A DNA stretch of 64,000 nt from Candidatus Peribacteria bacterium (lineage in GTDB: Bacteria > Patescibacteriota > Gracilibacteria > Peribacterales > Peribacteraceae). The translations under genes were made by a program, and so were the position numbers. The notes beneath the pieces are model-generated. The model had not been told where the DNA came from and searched no databases. It was given only the letters and a program-made list of their open reading frames with translations. Position 1 is the stretch's first letter. Every line of letters starts with the position of its first letter. Shown here one piece after another: positions 41,584 through 51,187 of this stretch. The stretch covers positions 5,189 to 69,188 of the forward strand of contig SICN01000002.1 of the NCBI GenBank assembly GCA_009691405.1. Reading direction: 5' to 3'.

Positions 41584-43080
41584 ATGCTCACAAAATTCAC
41601 ATCGTTCACCACCCTTGGCATCAACGCCTATCCGGTTGACGTCGAAGTCGGAGTCACCCCATCCAGCGAAGGGAGGTTTTTTATTGTCGGGCTCGGTGAC
41701 GCCGCGATCCAAGAGAGCAAGCAGCGCGTCATCATGGCGATGAAATCCTCCGGCTACAAAACACCGATGGGGCGCACCATGACCGTGAACCTCGCACCCG
41801 CGCACATTCGGAAAACCGGTTCGAGATTCGATCTGCCTATTGCACTCGGGATTCTCCTGAGCAGCGGCACGATCGACCTGCCTCCCGAGGGTCTCGAAAA
41901 AACGGCACTGCTCGGGGAGCTCGCTTTCGACGGATCATTACGGCACATCACAGGAGTTCTCTCATGCGTTCTCGCGGCACGAGAGATGGGGATGAAGACC
42001 GTTGTCGTTCCCGAACTCAACGGACCGGAAGCGGCACTGGTTCCGGGGATGAGAATCCTCGCACTGAAAAGCCTTCGAGACACGATTGCGTGCTTACGCG
42101 GAGAAATGGAAGCACCTACCATCAAGCCTCCGGCATGCGCCGCACCGACAATCTCGCACGTTGATTTCGCGGACGTCCGCGGACAGACGCAAGCGAAACG
42201 CGCGCTCGAGATCGCCGCAGCCGGCGGACACAATGTCTTGCTCTCCGGCACCCCAGGCTCCGGGAAAACACTCCTCGCCAATGCCCTCCGTGGGATTCTC
42301 CCGCCACTCACGCGCGATGAGTCACTCGAGGTCACAGGCATTTACTCGGTCGCAAACCTACTGCCCGGCTCCACCCCGCTTATTCAAGAAAGACCCCTTC
42401 GCACCGTGCACCACACCGCAAGCGGCATCGCGATCGTCGGCGGGGGACAGCATCCCGCACCCGGTGAAATCTCACTCGCACACCGCGGCGTACTCTTCCT
42501 CGATGAACTCGCGGAATTCCCGCCACAAGTCCTGGAAGTCCTCAGACAACCGATGGAAGATCGGCGCATCACGATCAACAGAGCACAAGGAACCGTCACA
42601 TTCCCCGCCGATTTCATTCTGGTCGCCGCCATGAACCCGCCGAAGTTCAGCGCCGCATCGACGGAACGCATCAAAAGAAGAATCTCGGCACCGCTCCTCG
42701 ACAGAATCGACCTCACCATCGACGTGCAGCCGGTGGAGATCGCCGATCTCCAAAAGAAAGGCAATGTCGGTGCAGAAACGAGCGCGGTGATTCGGGCGCG
42801 TGTTGCCGGTGCGAGAGCGAAGCAAGTAAAACGGTTTCTTGGCAGGTCGATTCAGACAAACAAGGAAATGAGTGTCAAAGACCTCGAGGAACTCTGTCCG
42901 CTCGACAGCAAGAGTGCGGCACTTCTGCGGCAAGCTGCTGAGAGACTCTCTTTCTCTGCACGCACCTACCATCGCACGATCAAGGTGGCACGCACGATCG
43001 CGGATTTGGCGGGATGCGAAGACATCGGGATCACGCACGTGGCGGAAGCGTTGCAGTATCGGCAATCGGTGGGTGTATGA
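41584..43080 (+). CDS. comM: Mg-chelatase-like AAA+ protein YifB/ComM
   Basis: N-terminal Lon-like domain, Walker A LLSGTPGSGKT, GVLFLDELAEF, and the C-terminal ARTYHRTIKVARTIADLAG. Confidence 0.9.
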   Translation: MLTKFTSFTTLGINAYPVDVEVGVTPSSEGRFFIVGLGDAAIQESKQRVIMAMKSSGYKTPMGRTMTVNLAPAHIRKTGSRFDLPIALGILLSSGTIDLPPEGLEKTALLGELAFDGSLRHITGVLSCVLAAREMGMKTVVVPELNGPEAALVPGMRILALKSLRDTIACLRGEMEAPTIKPPACAAPTISHVDFADVRGQTQAKRALEIAAAGGHNVLLSGTPGSGKTLLANALRGILPPLTRDESLEVTGIYSVANLLPGSTPLIQERPLRTVHHTASGIAIVGGGQHPAPGEISLAHRGVLFLDELAEFPPQVLEVLRQPMEDRRITINRAQGTVTFPADFILVAAMNPPKFSAASTERIKRRISAPLLDRIDLTIDVQPVEIADLQKKGNVGAETSAVIRARVAGARAKQVKRFLGRSIQTNKEMSVKDLEELCPLDSKSAALLRQAAERLSFSARTYHRTIKVARTIADLAGCEDIGITHVAEALQYRQSVGV

Positions 43081-43087
43081 TGGATGC

Positions 43088-43930
43088 ATGCACTATGCCG
43101 ACCGCCTCGCTCTGCGCATCAAGAAAACTTCCCCCGTCTGCGTCGGGCTCGATCCAATGCTTGCATCACTGCCCGAAGGAATCGAGAAGAGCCCTGCCGG
43201 TGTTGAGAAATTCTGCAAAGGGATCATCAATGCGGTGAAAGACACTGCCTGTTCGGTAAAGCCGCAGCTTGCGTACTTCGAGCTTCTCGGATGGGAAGGG
43301 ATGAAGGTGTTTTTCGAAATCTGCGCGTACGCGCAGAAGCATGATCTGATCGTGATCGCGGATGGAAAGAGAAACGATATCGGATCAACCTGCGAAGCGT
43401 ACGCAGAAGCATATCTCGGAAAAGAGAAACCGATCGATGCGCTCACGATCTCTCCGTACCTCGGCTCGGACGGCATCACGCCATTTGTGAAGGCATGCAT
43501 GAAGAATGACCGCGGAATCTACGTGCTGGTGAAGACAAGTAATCCAAGTGCCGGGGAACTGCAGGATCTTCCAACCGGCGATGAAGCCGTGCACGAGCAT
43601 CTCGCACAACTTGTTGAGAGCTGGGCGTCGGTGAGGATTAGCGAAAAGAGTTCTCTCTCGTGCATCGGTGCCGTGGTCGGTGCGACGTATCTGGAGGAAC
43701 TTAAGTATCTTCGCACACTCATGCCACACGTTCCGTTCCTGATCCCAGGTTACGGAGCGCAGGGCGGAACGGCTCTCGATTGCAAAGCAGGATTCCTACC
43801 CAACGGCACGGGTGCGATCGTAAACGCGGCGCGCTCGATCATTTACGCTTCCAAAGAAAAAGATTGGCAGAAAGCGGCTGCAAAGACTGCAGAATCGATG
43901 GCAGAGGAACTGCAGAAAACGCTCACCTGA
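43088..43930 (+). CDS. pyrF: Orotidine 5'-phosphate decarboxylase (type 2)
   Basis: ATG 43088 gives MHYADRLALRIKKTSPVCVGLDP. DGKRNDIGST and PGYGAQGG are present. The track ORF start at 42872 lies inside comM. Confidence 0.85.
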   Translation: MHYADRLALRIKKTSPVCVGLDPMLASLPEGIEKSPAGVEKFCKGIINAVKDTACSVKPQLAYFELLGWEGMKVFFEICAYAQKHDLIVIADGKRNDIGSTCEAYAEAYLGKEKPIDALTISPYLGSDGITPFVKACMKNDRGIYVLVKTSNPSAGELQDLPTGDEAVHEHLAQLVESWASVRISEKSSLSCIGAVVGATYLEELKYLRTLMPHVPFLIPGYGAQGGTALDCKAGFLPNGTGAIVNAARSIIYASKEKDWQKAAAKTAESMAEELQKTLT

Positions 43931-45581
43931 ACTTCGTTCCGGGTGCGAGCGGAGAGCTCCCCTCCACCCACTTGAAATTGCCGGCCTGATCCGTCCACTG
44001 AACGCTGCCGAACTCCGACGGTGAACCGGCCTGATCCAGATTGATTTCAAGCGTGTTTCCCGTTGATCCGCTGCGCACTGCGATGTCCCCGCGCACTTCC
44101 AGCATCAGAGGTTTGTCTGCAGGCAGAACAGCAATCGAGTCGAGATTCGGACAACTGAGGATGTCCGATCCCTCATTGAAGCTGCAGGAAACGGAGACAG
44201 CGGAACCGGAAGTTTGGACATGCCAATTTCTGACGGACACAGTGCCCGCGGAGAGAACGGCAAATGTCAGCTGCTTGAGGGACAGTGTTTTCCCTGGGAG
44301 CGCGCTGCCGCTGAAACTGAAAGCACTGACGAGTGTGCTGGTACCGGAAACGAGAGGAGCGGAGACCGGTGATACGCGGGCCACGGCTGTGATGCGTCCG
44401 AATGACGTCTGATGCTTGGGAAACGGTGCGGGAACGGGCACATTGATCGTTTCCTTGGTCGACTCTCCATAGTACGTCACCGAGAATGTCCGGACTTCGA
44501 GGAGCTGCTCGGAGGAACCACCGGTGTCGGTGCCGCGAATATTCGCACGCAGGACAAGCTGTTGCCGGCGACCGGCGGGAATCTGATACCGGTCGGCACC
44601 CGTGAGTTGGACTTCGTAGGTCTGGAGGTAGTCGGTCGTATCGCTCGTGGCTCTGCGTCGGAGAGTCGCAACGAGCTTCCCCGAATCCGCAGTGACGAGC
44701 TCCAGTGTGTCGAGGGAGGCAACGGCAGTCACCAGTTTGACTTGAGCGGAGAGGATCGAAACGTTTTCGGCCGTGTTTTGAATCGTGAGATCAGCAATCG
44801 CATCCGAGGTCCGGCCGACAATGAGAAAATGACTGACCGGAGGCAATGTGAAGAGTGCTGCCTGTGAAACGGAAGAGGAAGAGCTGCTCATCTCCAACGA
44901 CGAAGACGACGATACCGGACTGCTGCTGACACTGGATGAGAATGATGGAGAAGAGACAGGAGACGCATACTGACCGGCCTCCGCGAAACGGAACTCGGAA
45001 AGTTGCCCTTCTGATTCTGCGAAAAACGCAGCTGTGAGGCGGGCTGTAAGACCACGGGTCAGTGGTGTATCCAAATCAATCGTTACGGGGAGATCCACAC
45101 CTTTTTTTGCCGCAGCCTGATAGTAAGATTCTGCCCAATGACCGGAAGCCGGCGTCACCTCATACCCAAACAGCAGTGAGAGTATTTTGAGTGCTTCGCC
45201 GTAGCTCACGATATCTTCGGGATGGAAGCGGCCATCGGTGTATCCGGCCACGATGCCATCGGCGTACGCCGTGCAGATGAATAGAGCGAACCACTGATGC
45301 TGCACGTCCGGAAAACAATCAGCAAGCGTCGCCAGTACTGCTCCGTCGACTGTCATCATCGCCATCTTCAGAAATTCTGCGCGGTTGATCTGGCGCGAGA
45401 GCCCGAAGAATCCGTTGCCGTATCCTTGCACAATTCCTTCGCGGCTCAGCATATTGATGCCAGCTGCCTCGGGACTGCTCGGACGAACGTCTTTGTAGAG
45501 CGTCCCCGGCTCGATTGTCAGGGCAAAAACAACAGTCGGAGCAAGAACGAGTAAGAGAAAAGCGAGTGTGAGTTTGTGCAT
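43923..45581 (-). CDS. Secreted SLH-domain surface (S-layer-associated) protein
   Basis: Signal peptide MHKLTLAFLLLVLAPTVVFA. Three SLH-like repeats (e.g. FPDVQHQWFALFICTAYADGIVAGYTDGRFHPEDIVSYGEALKIL). A Ser-rich linker and then a beta-rich C-terminal region. Confidence 0.75.
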   Translation of the reverse strand: MHKLTLAFLLLVLAPTVVFALTIEPGTLYKDVRPSSPEAAGINMLSREGIVQGYGNGFFGLSRQINRAEFLKMAMMTVDGAVLATLADCFPDVQHQWFALFICTAYADGIVAGYTDGRFHPEDIVSYGEALKILSLLFGYEVTPASGHWAESYYQAAAKKGVDLPVTIDLDTPLTRGLTARLTAAFFAESEGQLSEFRFAEAGQYASPVSSPSFSSSVSSSPVSSSSSLEMSSSSSSVSQAALFTLPPVSHFLIVGRTSDAIADLTIQNTAENVSILSAQVKLVTAVASLDTLELVTADSGKLVATLRRRATSDTTDYLQTYEVQLTGADRYQIPAGRRQQLVLRANIRGTDTGGSSEQLLEVRTFSVTYYGESTKETINVPVPAPFPKHQTSFGRITAVARVSPVSAPLVSGTSTLVSAFSFSGSALPGKTLSLKQLTFAVLSAGTVSVRNWHVQTSGSAVSVSCSFNEGSDILSCPNLDSIAVLPADKPLMLEVRGDIAVRSGSTGNTLEINLDQAGSPSEFGSVQWTDQAGNFKWVEGSSPLAPGTKFR

Positions 45582-45611
45582 AACCGGAAGTATACAGTGA
45601 ATGATTCGGTG

Positions 45612-47244
45612 CTAGCTATGAGGAACGAGTGGAGAGTTTTCCATAAAGCGCGGAGCTATTTTCATGACCACTGCATAATCACCGAATGCATAAATGACAA
45701 ATTGTTTGGGATCGAGAAAACTCATGAGTTCGTATCGGTTCAACACATACGCCTCCGTCCTCTGCCTGTCGCAACGCGAGAGTCCGAAGGTATAGCGATC
45801 GAAGCTCATGACATTCTGGAGTTCGCTTCCAGGATTACCGTACTTCACGGTACTCGAGAATCTTGGCGTAGGAAATCCGGTACCAAAGAGCACATAGATA
45901 TATGGCATATTGCCATTGCTCGTCACGCAAATCGGACCAGATGTCTGTCTTGCTGCGAATGCGGCGGCGGCATCGAGCCCACTCGGGAAACTCTGGGCAC
46001 TTGTGAAGTAGGCATGACTGAACGAAAAAAAGGAGAGCAGTACGCCTGCGAGAATCGGGACCAACACCTTCATGCGTCTTCCGACCCAGGAGATGCCGAT
46101 TGCAGCGAACCCGATGAGGGGAAAGAAAAAAGATATTTGCCCGATTAATATTCAAATTGTTGATGAGCATTGCCATCGTCAATGCTGCAACGAGCCAGAA
46201 CCACAAGATCCTACAGTGATCATCGCGATGCGAATGAAGACGAATCATCATCCAAGCCATGCCGAAGAAGACAAAGGGAAGCACCCAAACATAGAACACC
46301 CCAAAATCCGGCAATGCATTAAAGTTGTGACCGTCGGTTCCGAGTATAAGGACTTGAAACACATTGCGCAGTCGAGCAAGGATCTCTGTAAAAAAATTAA
46401 ATGAGAACAAATCTTTGTTGATTGCTGTCTCCAATCGCGAGATTCCCGTCATCCGGGGAATGGTGAAAAAAGAAGTGGCGAATGTCTGCCAATGAAACAT
46501 ATTCACCATCACAAACAACACGACTGGAATAAACAATGCTGCAAAGAGGGAGAATGCCGAGAGAGTCCATGTGAGGGGATGGAGATGTTTACGCCATGCC
46601 CACAGAGCGTAGAGAAAAAGAAATACAGGCACAGTCACATACGATGTGCCGTACGCATACAAACTGAAGCTGAAGAACAACGATGATACGATCAAGAGCC
46701 ATGGTTGCCGTCTACTCATAACAAGAAAGAAAACAGCGGAGAGAAAAACCGGCGGGAAGAAATTCGCTTCAAGTCCCCAACGCGATGCCATAATGTGCCA
46801 TGGATTTGTCGCGAGGAGAAAGAGTGCGATCAAGGCCACTCTCTTGCCGCAGAGCTCACGCATGAGAGCAAAGAATATCCAAAGTGAAACGATCCCCGCC
46901 AGAAGATAGGGAAGGCGAACGGCAAGAGTGTTGAGACCAAGGAAGGCAATGAAAGGAATGGAGAAATAGGGACCGGCGACATTCATCCCTGAGCCCCATG
47001 CAATGAATGCCATCGGATACCGAAGGCCGCTCCGATCAATGCCATAACGAAACACCGAGTAGGCATCATATCCGGCGGAGATCTCATCCTGGTTCAGACC
47101 CAATGGTATTTCCCCAAATCGGTACGCACGAATGAACGCCCCCAAGATGATACAGAGGGTAAAAATAAGCAGCTCGAACCTCTGTGGAGCGAATGTCCAT
47201 CGCATCCAAAGCGGGGGAAAGGCAATACCCTTTTTATGCTTCAT
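45612..47244 (-). pseudogene. GT-C fold (ArnT/PMT-like, GT39/83-type) membrane glycosyltransferase split by a frameshift
   Basis: ORF 45835-47244 is polytopic and family-like up to ...LINNLNINRANIFF, then becomes Arg/Cys-rich nonsense. The sensible continuation (FFFPLIGFAAIGISWVGRRMKVLVPILAGVLLSFFSF...) is in the frame of ORF 45612-46073. The junction is at the A6 run 46126-46131. Confidence 0.7.
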
Positions 47245-47278
47245 AAAAGTATTCTACAGACCAATCCGCACTTTCCCT

Positions 47279-47364
47279 TGGTGCCCAGGAGAGGACTTGA
47301 ACCTCCATACCCTTGCGGGTACCAGCTCCTAAGGCTGGCGCGTCTGCCATTTCGCCACCTGGGC
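47279..47364 (-). tRNA. tRNA-Leu (anticodon UAG), long variable arm, CCA encoded
   Basis: The reverse complement GCCCAGG-TG-GCGAAATGGCAGACGCG-CCAGC-CTTAGGA-GCTGG-TACCCGCAAGGGTAT-GGAGG-TTCAAGT-CCTCT-CCTGGGC-A-CCA folds by hand as a class II tRNA. Confidence 0.9.
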
Positions 47365-47383
47365 ACGGCAGCATTGTACTGTG

Positions 47384-48337
47384 CTACACCTTCCGATCGT
47401 AGTGCTTCGTCACGTACTCACGGGCAATGTCATTGAGGTGATCGCCGTAGTGTTGTTCCGCTAGGCGAATGACATGTTGCCTGTCCCTGGCCGATTCCCT
47501 CCGTCTCTCCTGCGCCTCGGTGTCAACGGATGCTCGTTTGCGACGATCTTCCGCTTCGATTGCCTGTTTCTTCCCGGTCATCTCGCTCTCGACGTGCCGA
47601 TGCTTCGAACGCATCATGAGTTCGAGAGACGCCTTCTTCCGCTGCTGCTCGTAGGCGGTCTTCTCCTGCTCCTGAATCTCGGAAAGCCTCCGATGCATCT
47701 CGCTCTCCAGTTCTTGCGTCTTCATGCGCTCTTCGGCTTCCCACTTGTAGAGGGCGGCACGCGTGTCGATATCGATGAGAGATTTCCTGGCTCTCACTTC
47801 CTGTTCGATGTCCTGTCCTGCAAGGCGCTCCTTCTCCGTTGCCACGGCGACGGCTGCATCCAGCTCTCTTGTCGCTTTCTTCCTCTCCGACTCGATCAGT
47901 TTCTTGAGCTCGTTCTCCTTATGTTCGCGTGCGATCCTTGATCCTGCAGCGAGCCTGAGATCATGGAAGTATTCATTCTGCTTCTTGAGCTCCTTTTCAT
48001 GTTTCTTCCTGCGCTCCGCTTCCCGCTCCTCCAGCTTCTTCTGACGTTCCTTATCCGCTGCAATCTCCTTTTCACTCATCAATCTGACCGTGCGAAATTT
48101 CTTTGTGTGCTCATGCTTCTCCTCCCTGTCTATCTCAAGTTTTTGTGCCGCTTGCTTCGCTTTCCCCTCCTCATCGAGACGTTTCTGCTCCAGAACCATC
48201 TGCAAAGCCGCCTCCCTCTCAAGCTGGTCTTTCCCCGATTCCATCACCTGTCGAAGCTCCTCTTCACGCATACTCCGAAGATCTTTCTCGGGAGGATTGT
48301 TCGGGGCAACCGGCACTGGCTGAGAATCGGAGATCAT
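47384..48337 (-). CDS. Orphan Glu/Lys/Arg-rich coiled-coil protein (317 aa)
   Basis: Long charged heptad-like sequence (EKELKKQNE..., ERKKATRELD...). An extended -10 box lies 6 nt upstream of the ATG. No motif recognised. Confidence 0.55.
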   Translation of the reverse strand: MISDSQPVPVAPNNPPEKDLRSMREEELRQVMESGKDQLEREAALQMVLEQKRLDEEGKAKQAAQKLEIDREEKHEHTKKFRTVRLMSEKEIAADKERQKKLEEREAERRKKHEKELKKQNEYFHDLRLAAGSRIAREHKENELKKLIESERKKATRELDAAVAVATEKERLAGQDIEQEVRARKSLIDIDTRAALYKWEAEERMKTQELESEMHRRLSEIQEQEKTAYEQQRKKASLELMMRSKHRHVESEMTGKKQAIEAEDRRKRASVDTEAQERRRESARDRQHVIRLAEQHYGDHLNDIAREYVTKHYDRKV

Positions 48338-48343
48338 CCTCTT

Positions 48344-48352
48344 AGTATAGCA
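48344..48352 (-). promoter_or_regulatory. Extended -10 promoter TGCTATACT 6 nt upstream of ATG 48337 (leaderless-type)
   Basis: The minus strand reads ttctGCTATACTaagaggATG. Confidence 0.45.
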
Positions 48353-48421
48353 GAAAAACTACTTTTTCTCCACACCGCGAGCGAGAATGCCCGCTCTCCG
48401 CAGCCACGGAGGTCTGCTGCT

Positions 48422-50176
48422 TTAGAGATGTAACCCGAGCTCTTTCAGCTGCTCGTTTGATACCGGTGCCGGAGCGCCAAGCATCAGATCCTTCGCCTTC
48501 TGATCCTTCGGGAACGGCGTCACTTCGCGGATATTGGGTTCGCCTGCCAGGATCATCACGACTCGGTCGATGCCATACGCAAACCCGCCATGCGGAGGCG
48601 CGCCGTACTCGAATGCATGAAGCAAGTGACCGAATCTCTTCTGCTGATCTTCTTTGGTGATGCCGAGCATCTCAAACACCTCAGACTGCAGAACAGGATC
48701 ATGAATACGGATCGATCCCGAACCGAGTTCATACCCGTCGAGCACGAGGTCGTAGCAAACGGAATGCACCTTCATCGGTTCTTCTTTTCTCTTTTTCCAC
48801 TGCTCGAGATTGGGGCTCGTGAACGGATGGTGACTGAAGGTGAGAGAACCGTCATCATTTTCCTCAAACATCGGAAAATCCGTCACCCAGAAGAGCGCGT
48901 GCGTCGTCTGATCGATCAGATTGAATCTCCTTGCCGCCTCGTTTCTGATGCGCCCGAGACTTGCGCACACAATCTTGAACGTGTCGGCTCCGAAGAACAG
49001 CGCATCGCCCGTTTTCGCACCTGTTTTTTCGATCAGTTTTTCAAGGAATCCTTCTTTGAAGAACTTGAGAAGAGGCGACTGCGGACCTTCGGACTTGAAA
49101 AGAATGTAGGCCAAACCTTTGGCTTTCAGTTCTTTGCTGAGCTCGGTCCATGTGTCGATTTCGCTTCTGGAAAGCTCGGCACCCCCCGGGACTCTGAGCG
49201 TGCGAACCGTGCCCCGCTTCAACTTCAGCGCTTCCTCGAAGACTTTGAATCCGCAACCGGGCACGAGATCTGAGATATCGACAATCGGAAAATCGAACCG
49301 AAGATCGGGTTTGTCGGAACCGTAGGTATCCATCACATGCTGCCAGGTGAACGACTCGACTTTGCTCCACTTGAGTTTCTTGGTGCTGCACTCTGCAATG
49401 ATCTCCTCGATCGATCCCTGAATGATGTTCTGGACGTCCTTCTGCTCGCAAAAGCTCATCTCAAAGTCGAGCTGCAGAAACTCGGGCTGACGGTCGCCGC
49501 GCAAGTCTTCGTCCCGGAAACAACGCGCAATCTGGAAATAGCGGTCGAGTCCCCCGACCATGCACAGCTGCTTGAGTTGCTGGGGACTCTGGGGGAGCAC
49601 GAAGAAGCTTCCAGGATACACGCGAGACGGAACGACATACTCTCTCGCACCCTCAGGCGTGCCTTTGATGAGACAGGGAGTGTCGATTTCGAGGCACTGC
49701 ATGCCGGTGAAATATGCACGAATGATCTGGAAAACTTTTGACCGGAGCGCGAGGTTTTTCTGCATCTGCGCACGCCGCATATCGAGGTAGCGGTACTCGA
49801 GACGAAGCTCTTCATTCACCGGTTTATCGGAGTCAATCTCGAACGGCGGCGTCTTCGCTCGGCTCAATACCTCAAGACCCGTCGCGACAATTTCAATCTG
49901 CCCTGTCGGCATTTTTGGGTTCACTGTTCCCTCCACACGCTTTGAAACCTTCCCCGTAATTTTGAGCACCCATTCGGGGCGTACCGTCTCTGCAAGCTTA
50001 AAAACAGCCTTATCGGTCTCCGGATGAAACACAATCTGTGTGAGCCCGTAGCGATCGCGGAGATCGAAGAAGATCAGTCCGCCATGGTCTCTGCGTGTAT
50101 TCACCCAACCGCAGAGGATGACCTCTGCCTCGGCATTCTTTGCAGTCAGTTCGCCGCAGGTGTGAGATCGGAGCAT
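48422..50176 (-). CDS. aspS: Aspartyl-tRNA synthetase
   Basis: 584 aa. OB anticodon-binding domain (GWVNTRRDHGGLIFFDLRDRYG), the bacterial insertion domain, and class II motifs (FRDEDLRGDRQPEFLQLDFEMSF, GGFAYGIDR). Confidence 0.97.
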   Translation of the reverse strand: MLRSHTCGELTAKNAEAEVILCGWVNTRRDHGGLIFFDLRDRYGLTQIVFHPETDKAVFKLAETVRPEWVLKITGKVSKRVEGTVNPKMPTGQIEIVATGLEVLSRAKTPPFEIDSDKPVNEELRLEYRYLDMRRAQMQKNLALRSKVFQIIRAYFTGMQCLEIDTPCLIKGTPEGAREYVVPSRVYPGSFFVLPQSPQQLKQLCMVGGLDRYFQIARCFRDEDLRGDRQPEFLQLDFEMSFCEQKDVQNIIQGSIEEIIAECSTKKLKWSKVESFTWQHVMDTYGSDKPDLRFDFPIVDISDLVPGCGFKVFEEALKLKRGTVRTLRVPGGAELSRSEIDTWTELSKELKAKGLAYILFKSEGPQSPLLKFFKEGFLEKLIEKTGAKTGDALFFGADTFKIVCASLGRIRNEAARRFNLIDQTTHALFWVTDFPMFEENDDGSLTFSHHPFTSPNLEQWKKRKEEPMKVHSVCYDLVLDGYELGSGSIRIHDPVLQSEVFEMLGITKEDQQKRFGHLLHAFEYGAPPHGGFAYGIDRVVMILAGEPNIREVTPFPKDQKAKDLMLGAPAPVSNEQLKELGLHL

Positions 50177-50211
50177 AGACAGAGAATAGCGGATTCTTTC
50201 TCTTGCCGCAG

Positions 50212-50271
50212 CTGAGGCGCCGCGCCTCAGAATCAGGGGCTAATGCCCCTGTCTGCGATACGGTATCGCAG
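50212..50271. repeat. Three back-to-back perfect palindromic hairpins between nrdR and aspS
   Basis: ctgaggcgc-c-gcgcctcag (50212-50230), caggggc-taat-gcccctg (50234-50251) and ctgcgatac-g-gtatcgcag (50253-50271). No stem contains a mismatch. Confidence 0.75.
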
Positions 50272-50279
50272 CTACGACA

Positions 50280-50726
50280 TTATTTAAATAATCGTCCCAG
50301 CTCCGCCTTAAACTCCTGCACATCCTTGAATTCTCGATGCACGGAGGCAAAGCGAATGTAGGCGACTTTGTCGAGTTTGCTAAGGGCATTCATGACGTCA
50401 CTTCCGATCGTCTTTGTCTCGACTTCCTCTTTGTTCTTGCCCCACTTCTCTTCGAGGTCACTGAGCATCTTGTCGATATTTTTCTGAGTAACAGGTCGCT
50501 TCGTGCAGGCGATCCAGATGCCACGTTCGAGTTTTGTTCGGCTATAGGGTTCTCTCGTGCCATCTCGCTTCACGACAATCAGGGAAGCAAGTTCTTGGCG
50601 CTCAAAAGTCGTAAAACGATGCTCGCATTTGCCACACTCACGCCGACGCCTGATCGCACGCCCTTCTTCGGTGAGACGGGAATCGATGACAGCCGTATCT
50701 TCGTGTTTGCAGCGAGGGCAACGCAT
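50280..50726 (-). CDS. nrdR: Transcriptional repressor NrdR (zinc ribbon + ATP-cone)
   Basis: MRCPRCKHEDTAVIDSR...RRRRECGKCEHRFTTFE zinc ribbon followed by an ATP-cone. Confidence 0.95.
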   Translation of the reverse strand: MRCPRCKHEDTAVIDSRLTEEGRAIRRRRECGKCEHRFTTFERQELASLIVVKRDGTREPYSRTKLERGIWIACTKRPVTQKNIDKMLSDLEEKWGKNKEEVETKTIGSDVMNALSKLDKVAYIRFASVHREFKDVQEFKAELGRLFK

Positions 50727-50736
50727 AGGCGTAAAA

Positions 50737-50765
50737 TTGACAAAATCATTTTAGCAGCCATAATA
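50737..50765 (+). promoter_or_regulatory. Sigma-70-type promoter TTGACA-17 nt-ATAATA, 5 nt upstream of ATG 50771 (leaderless-type)
   Basis: Reads TTGACAaaatcattttagcagccATAATAttcttATG, in the nrdR-divergent spacer. Confidence 0.5.
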
Positions 50766-50770
50766 TTCTT

Positions 50771-51184
50771 ATGGAAGCAAGTATAACTCACTTGATTCAC
50801 GCAAGTTGGGACAGACCGGAAAAGCCGGAAGATTCTTCTGGAGCAATGACGATGCCGGTCGGAGCACTCCTGGATAAAATCGATGAACTAGCATCGACAA
50901 ATGCCTCGCTAGGGGATTTGGTAATCCAAGCCAATAAAGTGTTACCGCAACTTCAGGAAGACCTGAATCTTTCTCGAGAACAAGCGCATTCATTATGTAT
51001 TGGCATGAACCATTGGATGGAAAAATTCCATGAGATGAATGCGTCGAAGAGAAAGTGGATCGCAGCGACCATCGTGCTGGCAATCTATGCGGTTCTCTCG
51101 GGGCTGGAATTCGGATCGTCCGTCGTGGAGAAGTTGAAGCAAGACAGTATTCGCCAAACGGCAAAACCGGATGCTCTGCCATGA
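50771..51184 (+). CDS. Hypothetical small protein with a C-terminal TM helix (137 aa)
   Basis: Good promoter. TM segment WIAATIVLAIYAVLSGLEFG. No motif recognised. Confidence 0.5.
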   Translation: MEASITHLIHASWDRPEKPEDSSGAMTMPVGALLDKIDELASTNASLGDLVIQANKVLPQLQEDLNLSREQAHSLCIGMNHWMEKFHEMNASKRKWIAATIVLAIYAVLSGLEFGSSVVEKLKQDSIRQTAKPDALP

Positions 51185-51187
51185 CCT

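Noticed and set aside
46118-46135. Programmed ribosomal frameshift at the T TTT TTC-like run in the GT-C gene.
   Set aside because: Restoring the frame needs a +1 (skip-one) event, whereas this heptamer type promotes -1 slippage. There is no obvious downstream pseudoknot, and a 6-nt homopolymer is a typical site of sequencing or assembly error or simple mutation. It is kept as a pseudogene/error hypothesis.
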